Below, piece after piece: positions 51,062 through 60,350 of a stretch of DNA of 64,000 nucleotides; the stretch's first letter is position 1; the number at the start of each line of letters is the position of its first letter. The notes below the pieces were generated by a model. It ran no database searches and was not told the DNA's origin. It saw only the letters and a program-made list of their open reading frames with translations. The translations under genes were made by a program, and so were the position numbers. The stretch comes from an uncultured Clostridia bacterium (GTDB taxonomy: Bacteria; Bacillota; Clostridia; TANB77; CAG-508), in assembly GCA_934180065.1 (NCBI GenBank), contig CAKPRA010000004.1, forward strand, positions 4,786 through 68,785, read 5' to 3'.

Positions 51062-51322
51062 AAAGAAAAAGCTAAATACATACGTAAAAATTCAACCTAA
51101 AAGCTATTGTATATCCTTCTGATTGTTTCTCTTCCTATATTTAATTCTTTTGAAATTCATGGATGAAGCACCAATTTTTTTATACCTCGCTTTCAGTTTT
51201 TTTACATAGCGCTCTGAAAAATTCAACCTGTTTGCTGCAACTTTGATAGTCATAGTTCCAGTAATACAACTTTGTATTACTGCTTTTTTTAATTCTTCTT
51301 TTTTATTCATAACAGTTCTCAT
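51062..51322 (-). pseudogene. remnant of a REP-associated tyrosine transposase copy (3' end duplicated from 52131-52230 but frameshifted), with an HTH N-terminal part
   Basis: DNA 51066-51160 is about 95% identical to 52136-52230, which is the 3' end of the RAYT gene plus downstream sequence. The reading frame differs. An HTH-like segment VAANRLNFSERYVKKLKARY is present. Confidence 0.5.
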
Positions 51323-51526
51323 ACCTCCATTATATCATAGGGTGAACTTTTCATAAGTTAATTTTATAGGGTGATCATATCATAAATTAGGTTAAATTTA
51401 AGAAATAATTGCAATTTACATAAAATTATGTTATAATATTAGTATGATTGGGAATTCACCCATGAAACACACTTTTAGTGTGGTAACATTGACAACCTTA
51501 TATACAGGTATACAGGAGGAAAAAAT

Positions 51527-52003
51527 ATGGAGTATGGAAGAATCATGCATACTTTAGAATGTGACACTTTAACACCAGAGAAACTTCTTGAAGCCATCTT
51601 AAAAATGGTAAGAGAAAGTTACTTTCTTGTAAAAAAAGCCATCGAGGCAATTCCCGATAAGGAAATAGAAAACTTCTTGAATGAAGCTTTTCTTATTTCA
51701 AGAATTAGAGTTAATTTCTTTGAAAGAAATGTGTACTTTGAGGATTGTTTTACAAAAGAGCACATTTTTTCTTTTACACCAACAGAAAAAGATTTTTTCG
51801 AAGGAAATGCGTTCATTAAGATTGAGGTACTTCCTCTTAGAAAGGCAATTGAAATATGCTACGAAGACCTTGAATTCTCAGATTCATACATCCGAGAGAT
51901 GTTCGAAAATTTGGATTTCAAAGCGTATTTCGGTAAGTATTTTATCGGAGAAAATCTGGCAACAAGCGATATAATCGTCTCTGAGGAGTTCTTTGCTAAT
52001 TAA
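51527..52003 (+). CDS. hypothetical protein
   Basis: 158-aa ORF with an RBS (caggagg). A terminator lies at about 52038-52072. Confidence 0.4.
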   Translation: MEYGRIMHTLECDTLTPEKLLEAILKMVRESYFLVKKAIEAIPDKEIENFLNEAFLISRIRVNFFERNVYFEDCFTKEHIFSFTPTEKDFFEGNAFIKIEVLPLRKAIEICYEDLEFSDSYIREMFENLDFKAYFGKYFIGENLATSDIIVSEEFFAN

Positions 52004-52077
52004 TTAAAACCTACTGTCATCTACAGAAAAAGGTTGCAAAAAAAGTCCCTCTCATTTGGGGACTTTTTTGTTGCTCT

Positions 52078-52105
52078 GTCAATGGGGACGGTTCTTTTTG
52101 ACACA
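52078..52105 (+). repeat. REP-like element flanking the 3' side of the RAYT gene
   Basis: gtcaatggggacggttctttttgacaca. Confidence 0.85.
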
Positions 52106-52168
52106 AAAACATTGCCATTCTTACATCAAGAATAAATAAAAAGCTAAATACATACGTAAAAATTCAAC

Positions 52169-52873
52169 CTAAGAGCTATTGTATAGCCTTCTAATTGTTT
52201 CTCTTCCTATATTTAATTCTTTTGAAATATTTCTTAAAGAAATATGTTTTTTATCTTTCAATAATCTTATAAGATCCGATAAAATAATTTTATTATTTTT
52301 TAATTCTGAAGTATCTATATGATATTCCTCTAAAAATTTTCTAATAAAATCTTTGCACTCAGTATTATTATTTTTATCATCATCCACATCGATAAAGACA
52401 TATTCATCATCCAAATCTTTATTATTTAAATCCTTATTGAATTTTTTATAATTTGAATAAGGATAATCTTCGGCTTTTTGGCAAATACCAGCTTTTACAG
52501 GATTATTAAAGATATAATTTATGCAATTATATAAGTGTTTCTTACTGTAGATTCCTTCAGCCTTATATCTATCTCGAAAAACATAGCCTACTCTATTGTA
52601 TTTTTTATTATAGTACATACTATATCGTATGTTAAGACGTTGCATGTATTTGCTAAGATCTTTTAAACTATTGGATTCAATTAAAATATGTGTATGATTA
52701 TTCATAATACAATAAGCAATTATATTAATTTTATGTTCAGTAAGTAAATCATACATTATTTTTATATAATACTTAATATCTTGTGTTTCATCAAAAATAT
52801 AGCTTTTATTAATTCCTTGGGTAATAATATGAAAAAAAGATGTTTGAATAAAACTTCTTGGTTGTCTTGGCAT
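52169..52873 (-). mobile_element. REP-associated tyrosine transposase (RAYT, IS200/IS605 TnpA-like Y1 HUH enzyme) with a C-terminal HTH
   Basis: HuH motif HTHILIE. Catalytic Tyr region YIFNNPVKAG. The C-terminal part LRNISKELNIGRETIRRL is an HTH. The gene is bracketed by inverted REP copies at 52078-52105 and 52985-53013. Confidence 0.75.
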
Positions 52874-52984
52874 AAAATCTCCTAAATATTGTGAAATAAA
52901 ATTATATATATAATATCATAAGAATAATAAAAAAAATGTCGAAATGTGCTTTACTACATAATTTTTTGGAATTAATAGACAAAG

Positions 52985-53013
52985 TTGTCAAAAAGTTCCG
53001 TCCCCATTGACAT
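52985..53013 (-). repeat. REP-like element (reverse orientation) flanking the 5' side of the RAYT gene. It carries the TTGACA used as the ppdK -35
   Basis: ttgtcaaaaagttccgtccccattgacat. Confidence 0.85.
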
Positions 53014-53040
53014 ATTTTTTTGATTTTATGTTATAATAAT
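53006..53040 (+). promoter_or_regulatory. sigma-A-type promoter of ppdK (TTGACA-N18-TTATAAT), with the -35 contributed by the REP end
   Basis: ttgacatatttttttgattttatgttataat, followed by an RBS (aaggagg) and the ATG at 53083. Confidence 0.55.
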
Positions 53041-53082
53041 TACAAATTTACAAAAGAATATATTTAAGGAGGAAATAAACTT

Positions 53083-55707
53083 ATGAATAAAAAATATGTA
53101 TATCTTTTTAAAGAAGGTAATGCAAGTATGAAAGAGCTACTTGGCGGAAAAGGTGCCAATTTAGCTGAAATGACATCTTTAGGGATGCCAATACCTCAAG
53201 GTTTTACAATTACAACAGAGGCTTGTAACAAATATTATGATGATGATGAACAAATTTCTAAAGAAATTTTAGAGCAAATAGATTCTGCTCTTATATATTT
53301 GGAGGATCATACAGGTAAAAAGCTTGGAAGTAAAGAAAAACCTTTATTAGTATCTGTAAGATCAGGGGCTAGAGCTTCTATGCCGGGTATGATGGATACT
53401 GTTTTAAATTTAGGTATGAATGATGAAGTTGTTCAGACTTTTGCCGAGAAAAATAGAAGATTTGCTTTTGATAGTTATAGAAGATTTATACAAATGTATA
53501 GTGATGTTGTTAAGGAAATACCTAAAAAATTATTTGAAGATGCTATTGATACTAAAAAACAACAAAGAAATTTGAAATTAGATACTGATATGGATGCTAA
53601 TGACTTGGAAGATTTGGTAAAAGTATTTAAAGGGATTTATAGAGATTATCTACATGAAGAATTTCCACAAGATACTAAATTACAATTAATTGAATCTATT
53701 AAGGCTGTATTTAGATCTTGGAATAATCCAAGAGCAATCACATATAGAAAATTGAATGATATACCATCTGATTGGGGAACTGCTGTTAATATACAAGCGA
53801 TGGTATTTGGTAATATGGGAGAAGATTGTGGTACAGGTGTTGCTTTTTCTAGAAATCCAATTAATGGTAAAAAAGAGGTTTTTGGAGAATTTTTAATGAA
53901 TGCACAAGGTGAAGACGTTGTTGCTGGTATACGTACTCCTCAGTCTATTGATACTTTAAAATATATTAATAAACAAGCATATGATGAATTTGTTAAATTT
54001 GCTGATAGATTGGAAAAACATTATAAAGATATGCAAGATATGGAATTTACTATTGAGCATGGTAAATTATATATGTTACAAACAAGAAATGCTAAACGTA
54101 CAGCAGTTGCAGCTTTAAAAGTTGCTGTAGACTTAGTTTTAGAGGGAATGATTGATGAAAAAGAAGCTGTGCTAAGAGTTGAGCCAAACCAATTAGAGCA
54201 ATTGCTACACCCTAACTTTAATCAAGAAGCTCTTAAAAAGGCTAAACCTATAGCTAAAGGATTACCTGCATCTCCAGGTGCTGCTACAGGTAAAGTTGTT
54301 TTTACTGCAGATAAAGCTAAAGAGCTTAAAGAAGCGGGAGAAAAAGAGCTTGTATTGGTTAGACTTGAAACATCACCAGAAGATATTGAAGGTATGGTTG
54401 TTTGTAGTGGTGTTCTTACAGTTAGAGGTGGAATGACTTCTCATGCAGCAGTTGTTGCTCGTGGTATGGGAACTTGTTGTGTTGCTGGCTGTGGAGAGCT
54501 TATTGTTAATGAGGATGAAAAGGTATTTTATACTAAAGATGGTAAAGCATTCCACGAAGGTGATTATATTTCTTTAGATGGATCTAATGGTAATGTTTAT
54601 GGAGAAAGAATTGATACTGTAGATGCATCTATTTCAGGTGATTTTGCAACTCTAATGGGTTGGGCTGATAGTATAAGAAAATTGAAAGTTAGAGCTAATG
54701 CTGATAATGTTAGAGATGCTCAAAAAGCCTATAATTTTGGAGCTGAAGGTATAGGATTATGCAGAACAGAACACATGTTCTTTGAGCCAGATAGAATTGC
54801 AGCTATTAGAGAAATGATAGTATCTAAAACACATGAACAAAGAGCTTGTGCACTTTCAAAAATACTTCCTATGCAAAGAGCTGACTTTGAAGGTTTATAT
54901 AGATCTATGAGAGGATATCCAGTTGTAATAAGATTATTGGATCCACCTCTTCATGAGTTTTTACCACATGATGATGAGGAAATTAAAGCTTTATCACAAG
55001 ATATGGGATTAAGTTTTGATGAACTTAAAGATATTGTAACTGACTTACATGAGTTTAATCCTATGATGGGTCATAGAGGTTGTAGACTTGATGTAACATT
55101 CCCTGAAATCGCTGAAATGCAAACAAGAGCTATTATAGAAGCAGCTATTAATGTATATAAAGAAGGAGTAAAAATTGTTCCAGAAATAATGATTCCTTTA
55201 ATAGGTGATGAAAAAGAGCTTAAATTTGTTAAAAATATTATAGTAAAAACCGCTGACGAAATCATTGAGAAATCTAATATTGATTTGAAGTATCAAGTAG
55301 GAACAATGATTGAAATACCTAGAGCTTGTTTAATAGCAGATGAAATTGCAAAAGAAGCGGAATTCTTCTCTTTTGGTACAAATGATTTAACACAGTTAAC
55401 TTATGGATTTAGCCGTGATGATGCTGGAAAATTCTTAAAAACTTATTATGAGAAAAAGATTTTTGAAAGTGATCCATTCCAAAAAGTTGATCAAATTGGG
55501 GTTGGTAAACTTATGAAAATGGCAATAGAAGATGCTAAAAAAGTTAGACCTAATATAGAGCTTGGAATATGTGGAGAGCATGGAGGAAATCCACCAACTG
55601 TAGAATTTTGTCATAATATAGGATTAACATATGTATCATGTTCACCTTTCCGTGTGCCAATAGCACGTTTGGCAGCAGCACAAGCAGCAGTTAAATTTGA
55701 AAAATAA
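53083..55707 (+). CDS. ppdK: pyruvate, phosphate dikinase
   Basis: 874 aa. The phosphohistidine region GGMTSHAAVVARG and the PEP-utilising domains are present. Confidence 0.95.
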   Translation: MNKKYVYLFKEGNASMKELLGGKGANLAEMTSLGMPIPQGFTITTEACNKYYDDDEQISKEILEQIDSALIYLEDHTGKKLGSKEKPLLVSVRSGARASMPGMMDTVLNLGMNDEVVQTFAEKNRRFAFDSYRRFIQMYSDVVKEIPKKLFEDAIDTKKQQRNLKLDTDMDANDLEDLVKVFKGIYRDYLHEEFPQDTKLQLIESIKAVFRSWNNPRAITYRKLNDIPSDWGTAVNIQAMVFGNMGEDCGTGVAFSRNPINGKKEVFGEFLMNAQGEDVVAGIRTPQSIDTLKYINKQAYDEFVKFADRLEKHYKDMQDMEFTIEHGKLYMLQTRNAKRTAVAALKVAVDLVLEGMIDEKEAVLRVEPNQLEQLLHPNFNQEALKKAKPIAKGLPASPGAATGKVVFTADKAKELKEAGEKELVLVRLETSPEDIEGMVVCSGVLTVRGGMTSHAAVVARGMGTCCVAGCGELIVNEDEKVFYTKDGKAFHEGDYISLDGSNGNVYGERIDTVDASISGDFATLMGWADSIRKLKVRANADNVRDAQKAYNFGAEGIGLCRTEHMFFEPDRIAAIREMIVSKTHEQRACALSKILPMQRADFEGLYRSMRGYPVVIRLLDPPLHEFLPHDDEEIKALSQDMGLSFDELKDIVTDLHEFNPMMGHRGCRLDVTFPEIAEMQTRAIIEAAINVYKEGVKIVPEIMIPLIGDEKELKFVKNIIVKTADEIIEKSNIDLKYQVGTMIEIPRACLIADEIAKEAEFFSFGTNDLTQLTYGFSRDDAGKFLKTYYEKKIFESDPFQKVDQIGVGKLMKMAIEDAKKVRPNIELGICGEHGGNPPTVEFCHNIGLTYVSCSPFRVPIARLAAAQAAVKFEK

Positions 55708-55710
55708 GGG

Positions 55711-55920
55711 GAGAAAGAAGAGCAAAGAAGAAAAAAGAAAAGAAAGGAAAAGACGGAAAAAGGAAGAGAAAGAGGAGGGAAAGAGGAGGGAAAAGGGGAC
55801 GGTTCTCATTGACAACCTTAAAAAAAGGTTGTCAATGAGAACCGTCCCCTTTTCCCTCCTCTTTCCTCCTCTTTCTCCTTCTTCCGCTTTTCTCTTCCGC
55901 TCTTTCTTTCTTCTTTCTGG
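55711..55920. repeat. roughly 210-bp imperfect palindrome: polypurine arm, REP core, ttaaaaaaa, REP core (reverse complement), polypyrimidine arm
   Basis: ggaaaaggggacggttctcattgacaacc ttaaaaaaa ggttgtcaatgagaaccgtccccttttcc. The flanks are aag/agg repeats on the left and their reverse complement on the right. Confidence 0.9.
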
Positions 55921-56017
55921 CACCCTCCAATTTTCCCAAAAAGTTTCATCACCATTGACATATTTTTTTGAATTAAATATAGAATTAAATATAGAAAGGT
56001 TTGGTGATGATTTTATA

Positions 56018-57040
56018 ATGAATAAATATAGAGTTGCTTTAGTTGGAACTACAGGTGTAGTTGGCAGAATTACAAGAAAAGTTTTAGAAGAGCATAATTT
56101 ACCTATAAGTGAATATAAATTGTTTTCTTCAAGTAAATCAGCTGGCTCAAAAATTGTTTTTGATGGTAGAGAATATGTAGTGGAAGAATTAAACGAACAT
56201 TCTTTCGATAATAATAAATTTGATTATGCTATTTTTACAGCAGGAGGCAAAGTGTCCGAAAAATATGCACCTTTGGCAGCACAAAACAAATGTACGGTGA
56301 TTGATAATAGTAGTTTTTTTAGAATGAATAAAGATGTTCCATTAATAGTTCCTGAAGTAAATATTGATGATATAGATAATAATAATGGGATTATAGCAAA
56401 TCCAAATTGCTCTACAATACAAGCTGTTGTTGCTTTAAGTCCGTTAGATAAAAAATATAAAATAAAAAGAATTGTTTATTCTACATATCAGGCTGTTTCT
56501 GGAGCTGGTTTGGGTGGAATACAAGATTTAGAATCTGGAATTGAAAATTATGTAGGTAACACCAAACATGAATTAAAGAAATTTCCGTATGAGATATTTA
56601 ATAATTGTATACCTCAAATAGATGATTTTGTTGATGATAGATATACTAAAGAAGAGCATAAGATGATTAATGAAACAAGAAAAATACTAAAAAAATCAAA
56701 TTTACCTATTACAGCTACTACTGTTAGAGTTCCTGTTTTTAATTCACATGCAGAATCTATTAACATTGAGTTTGAGAAGGATTTTGAAATAAATGATTTA
56801 ATTGATACATTAAAATGTGCTCCTGGAATTGTTGTTAAAGATGATATAACTAATAACATATATCCTATGCAAATTGATACTAACAATCAAGATAAAGTTT
56901 TTGTAGGAAGAATAAGAAGAGATTATAGTGTGAAGTCTGGAATTAATTTATGGGTTGTTGCTGATAATACAAGAAAAGGTGCTGGAAGTAATGCTGTTCA
57001 GATATTAGAATATCTAGTTAATAGAAATAGTAAAAAGTAA
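56018..57040 (+). CDS. asd: aspartate-semialdehyde dehydrogenase
   Basis: MNKYRVALVGTTGVVG. The catalytic Cys lies in NPNCSTIQ. Confidence 0.9.
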   Translation: MNKYRVALVGTTGVVGRITRKVLEEHNLPISEYKLFSSSKSAGSKIVFDGREYVVEELNEHSFDNNKFDYAIFTAGGKVSEKYAPLAAQNKCTVIDNSSFFRMNKDVPLIVPEVNIDDIDNNNGIIANPNCSTIQAVVALSPLDKKYKIKRIVYSTYQAVSGAGLGGIQDLESGIENYVGNTKHELKKFPYEIFNNCIPQIDDFVDDRYTKEEHKMINETRKILKKSNLPITATTVRVPVFNSHAESINIEFEKDFEINDLIDTLKCAPGIVVKDDITNNIYPMQIDTNNQDKVFVGRIRRDYSVKSGINLWVVADNTRKGAGSNAVQILEYLVNRNSKK

Positions 57041-57208
57041 AATAATAAATGATAAAATAAAAAACGAACAAAAATTCGTTATATATAAATACTATGAAAA
57101 AAGATTGATTTATTACTTGAGTTAATATATAGTGTTACTAATCTATTATTAGATTTGATTTCTGGGAAATTAATAGTTGTAATTATTATTTAGAAAGGAT
57201 GGTTTTAT

Positions 57209-58084
57209 ATGAAGAAGATTATTTTTAAAGGATGTGGAACAGCTATTGCGACACCGTTTAATGAAAACGGAGTTAACTTTGAGGTTTTTAAACAGCTTAT
57301 TGATAATCAGATAAAAGAGGGAGTAGATAGTATTATTGTTTGTGGTACTACTGGAGAATCTGCTACAATGTCAGAAGCGGAAAGAAAAGATACTATTAAG
57401 TTTGTTGTTGATACTGTTAATAAAAGAGTTCCTGTTATAGCTGGTACGGGATCTAATAATACTAAATCAGCAATTGAAATGACTAAATATGCAGAGTCTA
57501 TCGGAGTAGATGGAGTATTAGTTGTAACTCCATATTACAATAAAGCTACTCAAAAAGGATTGATAGAGCATTTTACTAAAATTGCGAAAGAAACAACTTT
57601 ACCTATAATAATGTATAATGTTCCTGGTAGAACGGGAGTAAATATATTACCTGAAACATGTTATGAGTTATCAAAAATAGATAACATAGTTGCTATAAAA
57701 GAGGCTAGTGGTAATATATCTCAAGTTGCTAAGATTGCATCTTTATGTGGTGATGATTTAGCTATATATTCAGGTAATGATGACCAAATAATACCAGTAC
57801 TATCATTAGGTGGAATTGGAGTAATATCTGTGTTATCTAATATAAAACCTAAATTTACACATGATATGGTATATGATTTCTTTAATGGAGATGTAAAAGA
57901 AGCTTGTAAGAAACAATTGGATTCTATTGAGTTAATTGATTGCTTATTTTCTGAAGTAAATCCTATTCCTGTTAAATCTGCTTTAAATATATTAGGTTAT
58001 GATTATGGTATTCCAAGATTACCTTTGACTGAATTGAGTGAATCTAATAAAGATAAATTAAAAAAGACTATTTTTAAAATTTAA
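57209..58084 (+). CDS. dapA: 4-hydroxy-tetrahydrodipicolinate synthase
   Basis: GTTGES, YNVPGRTG, and a Schiff-base Lys region. Confidence 0.9.
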   Translation: MKKIIFKGCGTAIATPFNENGVNFEVFKQLIDNQIKEGVDSIIVCGTTGESATMSEAERKDTIKFVVDTVNKRVPVIAGTGSNNTKSAIEMTKYAESIGVDGVLVVTPYYNKATQKGLIEHFTKIAKETTLPIIMYNVPGRTGVNILPETCYELSKIDNIVAIKEASGNISQVAKIASLCGDDLAIYSGNDDQIIPVLSLGGIGVISVLSNIKPKFTHDMVYDFFNGDVKEACKKQLDSIELIDCLFSEVNPIPVKSALNILGYDYGIPRLPLTELSESNKDKLKKTIFKI

Positions 58085-58172
58085 AATAAATTAGTAATAT
58101 ATTAGGAAACTTTATAAAGTGGTTAATTGTAATTAATAAAGTTTCCTGATATATATTATGTAGGAGGTATAT

Positions 58173-58925
58173 ATGGTTAAAGTTCTTATAAATGGTTGTA
58201 ATGGTAAAATGGGACAAGAGCTTGCTAATCTTGTTAAAATTGATAATGATTGTGTTTTAGTTGGTGGATTGGATAAAGAGCAGACAGGAGAATTTACATT
58301 TCCTGTGTATACTGATTATAACAAGATTATAGAAGAAGCGGATGTTATTATTGATTTTTCTGTTCCAGTTGCTACAATGAATGTGCTAGAATATGCTAAA
58401 CAAAAACATATTCCAATAGTAATAGCAACAACTGGTTTTTCAAGTGAGCAAGAAGCGGAAATATTAAAATATAGTAAAGAAATACCTATTTTTAAATCTG
58501 CAAATATGTCTTTGGATATTAATTTAATGTGTAGAATAGTGGCAAATTTAGCACAAATTTTAAAAGGAAATGATATTGAGATAATTGAAACACATCACAA
58601 TCGAAAAATAGATAGCCCAAGTGGCACAGCTATGTTACTTGCTGATTCTATAAATAAAGCTTTGAATAATTCAATGTCATATGAATTTAATAGACATGAT
58701 AAACATGAAAAAAGATCTAAAAATGAAATTGGAATTAGCTCTGTTAGAGGTGGTAATATTGTAGGAGAGCATTCAGTAATATTCTTTAGCGAAAATGAAA
58801 GTTTTGAAATAAAACATACAGCATATTCAAGAAGCCTGTTCGCTGATGGAGCACTTAAAGCAGCTAAATTTATGGTCAATGGAAAGTTTTCTAATGGATT
58901 ATATGATATGAACGATATTTCTTGA
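58173..58925 (+). CDS. dapB: 4-hydroxy-tetrahydrodipicolinate reductase
   Basis: MVKVLINGCNGKMG Rossmann fold and the HHNRKIDSPSGTA signature. Confidence 0.9.
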   Translation: MVKVLINGCNGKMGQELANLVKIDNDCVLVGGLDKEQTGEFTFPVYTDYNKIIEEADVIIDFSVPVATMNVLEYAKQKHIPIVIATTGFSSEQEAEILKYSKEIPIFKSANMSLDINLMCRIVANLAQILKGNDIEIIETHHNRKIDSPSGTAMLLADSINKALNNSMSYEFNRHDKHEKRSKNEIGISSVRGGNIVGEHSVIFFSENESFEIKHTAYSRSLFADGALKAAKFMVNGKFSNGLYDMNDIS

Positions 58926-59003
58926 CTTTTGTACAATTTTTGTGTTATAAAAAATAGAATGATAAAATTAATATTATCAAATTTATTTGTGGAGGTATAA
59001 ATT

Positions 59004-59543
59004 ATGGAATTAAAAGGATCTAAAACAGAGCAAAATTTAATGACAGCTTTTGCAGGGGAATCTCAAGCTAGAAATAAATATACATATTTTGCAAGTAAGG
59101 CAAAAAAAGAAGGATATGAGCAAATTGCAGCTATTTTTGAAGAAACAGCTAATAATGAAAAAGAGCATGCTAAAATGTGGTTTAAGCTTTTAAATAATGG
59201 ACAAATTCCATCTACAGCTGAGAATTTAAAAGCTGCTGCTGAAGGTGAAAATTTTGAATGGACAGATATGTATGCAGAATTTGCAAAGACAGCTAAAGAA
59301 GAAGGTTTTGATAGAATTGCATATTTATTTGAAGAAGTTGGAAAAATTGAAAAAGAGCATGAGGAAAGATATTTAAAATTATTGGATAATGTAAATGGAG
59401 AATTAGTATTTAGCAAAGATGGAGAAAAAATATGGAAATGTAGAAATTGTGGTCATATATGTGTAGGAAAAGAAGCTCCCGATGTATGCCCAGTTTGCAA
59501 TCATCCTCAAGCATTTTTTGAAATAAAAGCTGAAAATTATTAA
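59004..59543 (+). CDS. rbr: rubrerythrin
   Basis: Ferritin-like di-iron E..H motifs, plus a C-terminal rubredoxin-type CxxC...CxxC. Confidence 0.9.
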   Translation: MELKGSKTEQNLMTAFAGESQARNKYTYFASKAKKEGYEQIAAIFEETANNEKEHAKMWFKLLNNGQIPSTAENLKAAAEGENFEWTDMYAEFAKTAKEEGFDRIAYLFEEVGKIEKEHEERYLKLLDNVNGELVFSKDGEKIWKCRNCGHICVGKEAPDVCPVCNHPQAFFEIKAENY

Positions 59544-59731
59544 AATGTAAAGCTAAGGTTTGTATAATGCAGATCTTAGCTTTTTTTGAATAAAAATCAT
59601 TTTACTGTTAATAATATTGACAACGAAATACATAATGCAAACAAAAAGTATATGAAGGTCAAGAAAACATTGACAAAGGTATACATATGATGTATAATAT
59701 GTATAAGGATGTCAAAAAAGAGGGTGATTTT

Positions 59732-60319
59732 ATGAATAATTATGAAAAAATAAAAGCCTTGTTAAAAGAAAATAATGGAATTTTATATGTAAAAGATTTG
59801 GAAAAACAAAATATACATAGACAATATCTTAAAAATCTAGAAGAAAGAGGAGAAGTTATTAGACTTATAAAAGGTTTGTATGTAAGCTCTGATAAAGATG
59901 TAAATGAATTCTTTGTCATGGGAGAGCGATATAAAACAGGAATCTTTTCACATAATACAGCATTGTATTTTTACAAATTAACAGATAGAACACCTTTTAA
60001 TTTAGATATGACTTTTCCAAGTAATGTGAGAGTGAATTTTGATTGTTTGGATGCACATTATATAAAACCAGAGCTTCATGATTTAGGGGCAACAGTAATG
60101 AATTTGGAAGATGGTACATCAATTAGAATCTATGATTTAGAGCGAACTATATGTGATATAATTCGTGATAGAAATAAGATTGATCCTCAAATTTTTAATA
60201 ATGCTATGAAAGAATATTTTAAATTATCAAATAAAAACTTGAATTTATTGTATAAATATGCTAAAAAATTATGTATAGACAAAATTTTAAAACATTATAT
60301 GGAAGTATTAGATAATTAG
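59732..60319 (+). CDS. AbiEi-family antitoxin / transcriptional regulator (type IV TA)
   Basis: GILYVKDLEKQNIHRQYLKNLEERGEVIRLIKGLY is an AbiEi wHTH. It pairs with the downstream AbiEii-like nucleotidyltransferase. Confidence 0.7.
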   Translation: MNNYEKIKALLKENNGILYVKDLEKQNIHRQYLKNLEERGEVIRLIKGLYVSSDKDVNEFFVMGERYKTGIFSHNTALYFYKLTDRTPFNLDMTFPSNVRVNFDCLDAHYIKPELHDLGATVMNLEDGTSIRIYDLERTICDIIRDRNKIDPQIFNNAMKEYFKLSNKNLNLLYKYAKKLCIDKILKHYMEVLDN

Positions 60320-60350
60320 TAAACTAAAGACGTAATTGGAGGAACAGAAT

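Noticed and set aside
55642-56017. ORF 55642..55923 (minus) and the N-terminal 107 codons of ORF 55697..57040, which encode KEEKRKERKRR / FLFSSLLFF low-complexity peptides.
   Set aside because: They are translations of the polypurine/polypyrimidine palindrome. The real asd start is ATG 56018, which has an RBS and the conserved N-terminus MNKYRVALVGTTG.
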